Source of the DNA: Octopus sinensis
Lineage: Eukaryota
Direction of reading: 5' to 3'
Assembly (NCBI RefSeq): GCF_006345805.1
Contig: NC_043005.1
Location: 28,644,001 to 28,708,000 of the forward strand
Length of the DNA stretch: 64,000 nucleotides
A program made the position numbers and the translations under genes. Below the pieces are notes generated by a model. That model was not told the origin of the DNA. It did not search any database and saw only the letters and a program-made list of their open reading frames with translations. Within the stretch, counting starts at the first letter, position 1, and the number at the start of each line of letters is the position of its first letter. Below are positions 52,455 through 62,100 of the stretch, in pieces.

Positions 52455-53134
52455 GTGAGGGATAAAAGAAATTTTGATTAAAATGTCATTGCAAGTTTTA
52501 ACCTTCACAAATTATTACCGTACCCACCACCTTGAGAAATATTGATGTCATACAGATATTACATATACTCTAAATATGTTAATGGTGTAGATATATTGTA
52601 AATATATACACAGTAAAAATAAAGTTAAGTGTAGATATAACTATAGTAAATATGCACCATAAAGATGTGGTTAATAGTGTGTACAGAAATGTTGTAAATA
52701 TACTTTACATACTTTGAATTGTGGTCAGTAGTACAGAAAATTATAATCTTAATGAACAACTAAAGATATTTGGGGATTCATAATTACTTCAATATCATTT
52801 TTCAGCTTTGTTAAAGATTAAACTGGAATTAATTAAAATTATATATATATACATTAGACAAAATGAGATAACAAAGCCAAGGCTGTGAGGAGTTTTCAGG
52901 ACATTTGTAAGGAAAAAGATATATAGTCTTACAGCTACCGCCATGATTGACCGCTAGCTACTAAGCTCTTTTTTCCTTTTTTGATTCTCTCTCTGTTTAT
53001 TTTCTCGTGCTCCTTTCTGTTGAAGAGTGTAGGCTCAAAACATAAAAGACTTTCTCACTTTCCCTAGCGTTAAACTAATACATCTGTTTGCTGTTTACAC
53101 ACCTGTCTTCATCTTTTGTTTTGTTTTAAATTCC

Positions 53135-53168
<34 letters not shown>

Positions 53169-56100
53169 TACAGTGAATAAACTGTTGTATAAATTGCGTA
53201 AAAATGAAAATAACACTGACATCTCGATATATTTACCAAAATTATTTTAAAATATTACTTGAAATACTAAAGAGTGAATTTATTCAACAAAATCATCATT
53301 GGCTTCAACCATGGCCCCCAGAAGACTTTGGAATCTCTTACAACTCTCCTGAATGGTCTCCTTGTTTAAGTTAGTGAATACTGCCATAATCATTGCCTTC
53401 AGTTCATCCTTGTTGTTACAAGGAGTTTTGTTGGTCTCTCACTAAACTGCACCCCACACATAATAATCAAGGGGGTTGTAGACTGGAGACTTAGAGGTGG
53501 TGTGGTCGCAGAAATTGTCTGACAGCCACAATTGGGTTCTCCTGCTTGTGTGGCATGGTGCAGAGTGCTTTTGCCAGGCACAGGGTCATCCAGCAGCCAC
53601 TCTCATGACCCAGGGCAGAACTACCTCCTCCAGGCACTTGATGTTGGCCTCTGTATTGAGTCTGTAGCCATGTGAGAAGATGAATGGACACATAACGTTG
53701 TTATCACTGGTGATCACTCCAAACACTATGATGTTGACTGTATATTTGATTTTTATCACTCTCGGTACATATCTTCAGATTGCACTGTCCTCAGATTGAC
53801 ACCCAAACACTCTGATGTGTTTGTATTGGAGCTTCCAGCATGAATGCCAAGCAGTACAGCATGTCATTTCCAAATTTCTGGCTGAGTGAATTGTGTCTTG
53901 GTGCTTTTTTTTCTCACAGATGGTACCCAACTGACCCTACTATACTGTGAAGTTGACAAAATCAAAAATAAACAATGCGCATGTGCAAAATTAAAAATAT
54001 AAAATGGCGACAATTTGCCCATCGCACCCTGTATATATTTGTATATCTTAACATTGTTGGTACAAATGGAGGGAGGAGACATATTAAATATTTCGTTGTC
54101 TTCTACTATATGTTTTCTGTTTGTGTGGCCACATTTTGTATAAAAATGCTTCTTATTATTCTTACTTGAGAAATTAAAGCTCTTTCCAGCCAGCTTCTCT
54201 GGCCCCTGTTCCAGTGGCATGTAAAAAGCACCCACTACAATCTCAGAGTGGTTGGCATTATTAGGAAGGGCATCCAGCTGTAGAAACACTGCCAGATCAG
54301 ATTGGGGCCTGGTGCAGCCTCCTGGCTTCCCAGACCCCAGTTGAACCGTCCAACCCATGCCAGCATGGAAAACACGTTAAATGATGATGATGATGATGAA
54401 ATGTGGTTCTAAGTTTGTTATTTTTTATCTTTTCAGATTATATGTATTTCGGAATGTTTCCTACTATAAAATCTTAGTCTGTGGTGGTGACGGAACTGTT
54501 GGTTGGGTTCTGTCATGTTTAGATAATGTATGCCAAGATGCTGTTTGTCAGTCTCCTCCTTTGGCAATAATTCCTTTAGGAACAGGTATGGAAATCTCTT
54601 TCTCAACTTGTCTAATGCACATATTTTTATTTTGCTTTGTATCTATGGGTGTGAGGATTAATTCTTTTTTAAGGGTGACTGTCTGAACAGCTACTCAAGA
54701 AGTAGGAGCTGGGACTGGTTTGAGAAGCTTGCTTCCAAACCATGTGGCCTCGGGTTCAATCTCATTGTGCAGCACCTTGGGCAATTGTCTTCTACCACAG
54801 CCTTCAGCTAACAAAAGCTTTGTGAGTAGATTTGGTAGACAGAGACTGAAATAAGCACATCATGTGTGTGTGTGTGTGTGTGTGTATATACCTGTGACTT
54901 GACTTTATATGATGGTTGTAAATGAACAACACCATTATACAAGTGATATTGTCTGTTTCCAATCTTCTGCATTTAATGTCACTGGTTCTCACTATTCAAA
55001 TTTTCATCAAACTACAAATGTCCAAAAATACACACAAAATACATCTCCCTTCATGTAACCTGTTGTCAATAAACTAGCAGTATGACTAGTTATGTTGTGT
55101 ATACTTTGATGATAGATATCATGTACTTCAACGGTGTGTTTTGAAGCACACGAGTGCCCTGAGTATATTTTATTGTGGCACCAGCACTAAAGGGTTTACC
55201 ATGACCTTGTCAATACAAAAGTGGCCTGTCAACCTTACACTGTATTTGTGATGTTTGATAAATAGAAACACATTCAATTAACCAGTAAATTACTCTTTGG
55301 CATATTTTAATATTAATATATTGAAATACACTAAAGATTAAATTGGCAGTTAAATGCAGAGTTTGGAAGAGAATTATGAGTGGAGAAATGGCTGCAAGTG
55401 TGTGTAATATTTATGATTGATGTAATATTTTACAGCTGTTGAAGTGAAGTGGGAATATATGATGATTACTCAGTAAGAATTGTTTGAATTTTAATGTGAT
55501 TGTTATTTTAAAGAAAATTTTTTTATCATGTGACTTAAGCTTTTTTCACGTTTCGCAGTTCTATTTGGAATATGGCCCCTAATAATCTTTCATTTCATTT
55601 TTATTACAGGAAATGATTTAGCTAGAGTATTACGCTGGGGTCCTGGATATACTGGCGGGGAAGATCCCCTTAATTTACTCAGAGATGTAATTGATGCAGA
55701 AGAAATTAAACTTGACAGGTAAGTAACAAAATATATATTATTTTTTTTTAAATACATGCAGTGTTCTTGCCATTAAGGTTTCTATCCCACTTCTGGGATT
55801 TCAAATTTTGATTTTTCCTTTTTTCTGTTTTTGGTATTTCTTGTGGAGATAAATTTAGTGAGCAATATTCGTGCTCATTCTGTTTGTATGTGTGTGTGTA
55901 TATATATATATATATACATACGTACGTATGTATGTATGTATTTTTTTCTCTTGAGACAATTTGCGCAATATATTGTTTTTGCATGTCTGAGTGTACAAGG
56001 ACATGTTAAACATGATTTTACATTCATTCAACACTGCTTAGCATACCTCCAATTAATATATGTGTGTGTATGTTTGTCCTCCCCACCACCACCACCACTA

Positions 56101-59100
56101 CCACCACCAATTAACAACCAGTGTTTGTTTACATTCCATAACTAAGCAGTTCAGCAAAGGAGACCAATAGAGTGAGTAACAGACTTCAAAAGTCTATACT
56201 GGGGTCAATTTGTTCAACTAAACCCTTTCAGGCATTGCCCCAGCCTGGCCATAGTCCAATGACTGAAATGAGTAAGAGATGAAAGAATTTAGAGGAGGAG
56301 TTGTAATGCCAATATAGACTTCACTTGTAGACTGGTGGGATTCATATTTATTTACAAATCAATGGTTTTATGAAAAATGTATGGTGAAGAAGGGCCTAAG
56401 ATGTAGACCCTTGGACTAAATGCTTATAATAGAGTGGACTTTTCAAAAAAAGGTATCTGGCAGCTACCAGTCAACAGCAAATTATTGGGGATCAAACTGA
56501 TGTCTTAGAGGTTCATACAGTTCTTTTTGCTTTGTTAATTATTTTTGTCCATATTTTAAAGTAATTATTGCTCTTTCAATATTTCATCTCTTTTTAGTGT
56601 TTATTTTGAAGGTTTAAAATTTCAATTCAAATTTTAAAAAAAGAGACTCAAATTATCAGTTAACTGACTAAATGCTACCATTTTTGGACGAATTTCAGTT
56701 CTCTGTCCATCCTTTGTAGTTTTTCAATAATTTCTGCTGCTATTGTCTGCTTTTCACCCTGACCTCTGTAGCTCTTTATTTTCTCTCTCCCCCCACTAAA
56801 TCACAATATACAATTTTATTTGTTCTCAAATTACTCCTCATTAGAATTGTTAGTTAGGTCAACATGTCAATAACAAACTTTAATTAAAGCAGTCCCACCA
56901 AAATCAACCTTTTCCAGTTTTAATCTTTGAGCCAGTTCTTTGAAACACTAAATCAGAATAGAAATCTTTACTTCCAACACCATATATTTGTCTTGAGAAG
57001 AAACTTAGCTGCAACTATGCTCACCTCATCTGGGTAATATTTACTCCACTACCATCCTGTACCACCATTTGAATTACATGCAATATTCCGTATCCAGGTG
57101 TTTTGCACTATGTGTTAAGTGTGTAGATATGATGTACCAAAGTTATACTTCCTTCATTGTCCATTTTAAACCATGATAGATTTTGTATTCCTCCACCAGT
57201 TCTTTGATAAAATAATGTTTCCTGCCATGTCTCTGAAGTTTGATTTTGAATAATTTTAACTCCAGCCTAAATCTTAACCAAGTACACCTTCGGGTGTTCA
57301 TAGTTTCCATGGATTAAACTAATTCTGCTGCTTCTGTATTTAGTCTGTTATGATAACTCATATCAGTTCCATACATTTCAAAGAACAGGAGGAAGATGTG
57401 TACTAAGAGGGACTTACCTCAAATTCCTTATGCTGCTACTACCATAAAATCCATTTGTCTTGCAAGGCCATGGATCCTTAGTAAATGCATTGTTTATAAT
57501 TGCCCTAAATGTACTCATCACTTAACACCTTTCAGGAGCCATTCTTTATGATTTGTAGTTTTACTTACAGTTGTTATTATTTCATTGTGACTGCTGAGAA
57601 AATGTTAACCTAGCTATACAAAAATTTACACATTTTAAGCATATAAGCATGTAGCTTGCTTACCAACCACATGGTTCCAGGTTCAGCCCCACTGCGTGGC
57701 ACCTTGGGCAAGTGTCTTCTTCTATAGCCTTGGGCCAACCAAAGCCTTGTGAGTGGATTTGGTAGACGGAAACTGAAAGAAGCTCGTCGTATATATGTAT
57801 ATATATGTGTGTGTGTGTGCTTGTGTTTGTCCCCCCAACATCACTTGACAACTGATGCTGGTGTGTTTACGTCCCTGTAACTTAATGGTTCAACAAAAGA
57901 GACCGATAGAATAAGTACTAGGATTACAAAGAATAAGTTCTGGGGTTGATTTCCTCGACTGAAGGCGGTGCTCCAGCATTGCTACAGTCAAATGACTGAA
58001 ATAAGTAAAATAGTAAAAGATATGTTGTGTGAAATATCTGTACCTATCAGTGACTTAGCAGATAAAATAGTTATTTGCCTTAGTTTAGAAATCAAAGTTC
58101 CTAATTTGAATCTAGTTTGGTACAATTTACATATCCAGGAATAAAACACTTCCTTTGGGGATCAAACTGATGAAGACATAGTTTATATGTAAACACTGAA
58201 AAATCTTTCATCTCTAAAGGTGAGGCTAATTATCCAGAAAATCTCTTTTGAATTTATTTTTCGACAAATATCTATAGTTATTCAGTCTTTCATTTAATCT
58301 TATTAGACATACATCATGCTGTGGAAGGAAACTCTGGTCGTGAAATGCTGGGTGGATACATCCAATTTCTCCAGGTTCTTAGGATTTATAAACTGTTGCT
58401 AAGTATTAATGTTCTGTTGCAACACCAACTATTACCTTGCACAAACCAGTGTACTTTCCCTCTGTTTTGTTTTCTAATTAACTTTTCCATTTTTATTCTG
58501 TTGATAGATGGACAGTAATTTTCCATCCTAATGAGAAAGAGATGCCAGATGAAACTAAGGTTGCCATAGCAAATGATACAAATTCGGCTAATACCAATGA
58601 AGACAATACCACAATGTTTGTAATGAATAACTATTTTGGGATAGGAATTGATGCTGACCTCTGTTTAGATTTCCATATGGCCCGTGAAGAGAAACCAGAT
58701 AAATTTAATAGCCGGTATGTATGTCTTTGTATTTTTTACTATTACTTAGATACAACAGACATCAGTTATTTTTTTATACCTCTTCTTCCTTTTCCTTTCT
58801 TCTCTTCTGTCTCTCTCTCATGTTATCTTCTGTTTCCTCTCTTCTTTCTATCCATTATACAAAAATAACTGTAGTTTTTAACCATCAACTTTAAATCAAT
58901 GTATATCATATAATTTATATTAATTGAAATATGTTAGATTTTACGCATTTTTGTCAAGAAGAAACAAGTCTATTTATTCTGGTACCTTAGAAATCTTGAA
59001 TCCTAGAACTGATGAATTCTTCAAACAGATTTTGAGTTGTTTTTTGCTTTTTTGATAAAAACCCTTATTTTCTAAGAAGTTATAGAGATGTTTGAAAAGT

Positions 59101-62100
59101 GGTTAGTCAATCAGAGAGAGGTCTAGGGAGCAAGGTAAGAGAGGCAGTATTTCATACTCAATTTATCCAATTTATGCTGAGTCATTTGCAAGACATGTCA
59201 TCAGGTGTTCACGTGGAAAAGAATTGGTCTTTTTCAATTGACCAATCCTAGATGTAAATGTTACAGTTCTCTGTACATTTTGTCAATTTCCTAGAAATAC
59301 TTTTCTATTGTGACGGTTTTGACAGAATTCAAAAAATACTCGAGGTTTATTCCACTTACTGCCCTGCAAACAGTGATTATAACCTTCTTTTGATGCAGTT
59401 TCAGTTTTTGAGAAATATTTTGGCTTTGTTTCAGTCCAGTTACTGTTTGCAAAAACCATCAACTTTTGTATAGGATTCATTTTTTTCATCACATGTCACA
59501 ATGTGATAAAGAATTGGATTGGTTTTATTACATGAAACAAACAGAATTTTTTTCTTTCTTTTTTTCTTTCAATCAGTTCATATGGTACTCATTTATTTAG
59601 CATTTTTGACTTGCAAATGCAGTGAAAATGTTGAACAACTGTTGAATGGTCAATGTTTAATTCTCTTGCAACCTTCTTGAGTGTCTCCTATAAATCTGCT
59701 TCACTAATGACCTTCAATTAGTCATCAGTTGCTGAAGGTTGTCCATGACTTTCCTTGTTTTCATGACTCCTGTCTCCATCATTAAATTTTTGGAACTATT
59801 GTTGAGCTGTATGTTTGTTGATTGTCAACTCATCAAAAACCTGGTTAGTTGATATTGCAAGTTGTTTCAACTTTGCTTTCCATTTTAAACTATTGCAATA
59901 AACTTACTCAAATTTGCCTTTTTTTTTACCTACTTAACCCTTTAGCATTTAAACCAGCCATATCTGGCTGACATATTCTGTTTTATGCTTGAATCAGCTA
60001 GATCAAGTTTCTTACACCTACCCTACAATGTCATTCTAAAAATGAACAACTACACCATCAAAATCTCAAAGCTGCAAGATAATGCATGATTAATTCAAAA
60101 CAATGAATAAATAAACCTCCAGGCTGAGGGGTTAAACAAGAAGAAAAAAACACAAAAACAAAACACTTAGCATAGACCGGGCTCTGTACTTCAAATTGCT
60201 ATATCAGCATGAATAGAGTTAAATGAAAGTTTATGCCAAATGAGTATCAATGATAAAATTTAACAAGAAAAGAGAAAAATGTTTTTCTTTAACCTAATAT
60301 TTATGCAGATGCAGCATGGAATTTTGTTAGTGAACAAGTCATGGTCTCAAAGCAACGAAAATATTTTGGCAAATTAAATTTAAATGTTGAAGTGAATCTA
60401 ACGGTTTTGCGTGTTTTAAATGGCTTATAAACACCTTCCATGCTGCAATTGTTAAATATTTATATTATTCTGGGTTTTTCTGTTACAAAATACCAACTCA
60501 TTATGTCCTATGAAAAGGAATCAAAACTACTTGAAACTGTATCAAGACATTGTTTTGTTGCTTTAAATGAAGCCCAGCCAGTTCAACTCTACTCATCTCA
60601 CAGGGCCAGTGAAAGAGTGCCTCTACATGGCCATTGAACCAGCTAGAAATAGCAGCCTTAAATCATACCTTATTGTCTTCAAGTGGTATGATACCTAAGA
60701 TAGAGGAATATGTGAAAATGAGGGGTGAATCTATGCTTCAAGATACTGAAGCCTGAAAGAAATGATGACAAAATCTGAGAGGAGTGATACTATGTGGTAT
60801 AACAGACCTATCAAACTCATACCTGTTTAGGAAAAGTGGAGCTGAAATCAGTGAAAATATTTCAACCTTTTGACAGCTGTGCTTCACTGAGTACAGGGAC
60901 AGCTAAGTTTGCTTCTGAACCACGTAGTTCCAAGTTCAATCTCACTATCTGGCATCTTGGGTAAATGTCTTAATACTGTAGTTTCCAATTTCCAAGTAGG
61001 AAATTGTGCAGAAGCTATAGCTGTTGTGTTGTGTGGTTTGTTGGTACCAGTGTGTCCCTTTGTGGTGAAAGGTAACTTAATAATTTGACAGAGAGATACA
61101 GAATAGATATCAATCTGAAATATGTTCTGAGATCAATATGAACCATTAACATTCTTGAAGTTGATGTTCCAGCGTGGTCGTAGTTCAATGACCAAAACCT
61201 ATAAAATATTGAAAGAATGAATGAAGAGGTTAAAATATACTTAGTAAACCGAAGGTCTTGGTGAAACATTCACTTTACAAAATTAAAGTAGGCAGGAGAT
61301 TTTGTTTTATATCACAGTAATTAATGATGTCTACTGATTAACACTTTTTTATATCAATCTCTAAAAGACTACACCTGTTTCTATAATACAAACTTCTTGT
61401 TTCAAAGTGTTCTAAATTGAACCTTCCTTCAAAATTCCATATTAATATACATTCCAAACACCAGCTTAATAACAATAAAGTTCATCCTCATTTAACATCC
61501 ATGTTTCATGCTAGTATAGTTAGGTAGTTTGTCAGGGTTCGACTGGTCAAAGGACTGTTTCGAGCACCAGTGTCTGTTTTGATAAGGGTTTCTATGGAAG
61601 CCCTTCCTGAATGCCAGCCACTTTACCAAGTGTAATGTTATTTTACTAAATTCTTCAGTATTTTTCAAAATTAAAACAAAGGCAGCACTTTTCAACCAAA
61701 GTATGGTAGCAGAAGAGGATTGAATGTGTGTTAGTTACCAAAATATGTTTTATATGTCTTTTCTTTAATTATGTGTCTTGTTTTCTCCTTTCAAAGGCTT
61801 CATAACAAAGGAGTCTACATAAAAATGGGATTACGGAAAATGGTAAACAAAAAAGCTTGCAAAGATTTGCACCGTTGCATCAAGTTAGAAGTCGATGGCA
61901 AATTAATTGACCTTCCACCTGTAGAGGGTATCATCATTCTAAACATTCTTAGGTAAGAGACCATTCTTATTGTTGTTCTTGCTACTGTTGTTGCTGTTGC
62001 AGGTCTTAGCCAGAGAGCACATGTAACAACATATTGGACATTTCACTATGGCTGTTATTTATAATAAGCAATGATATATTCTAAAGAAAGGAAACCAGAC

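Noticed and set aside
53864-54358. 164-aa minus-strand ORF
   Set aside because: Chimeric read-through of a family C retroposon, a short unique segment and a transposon end
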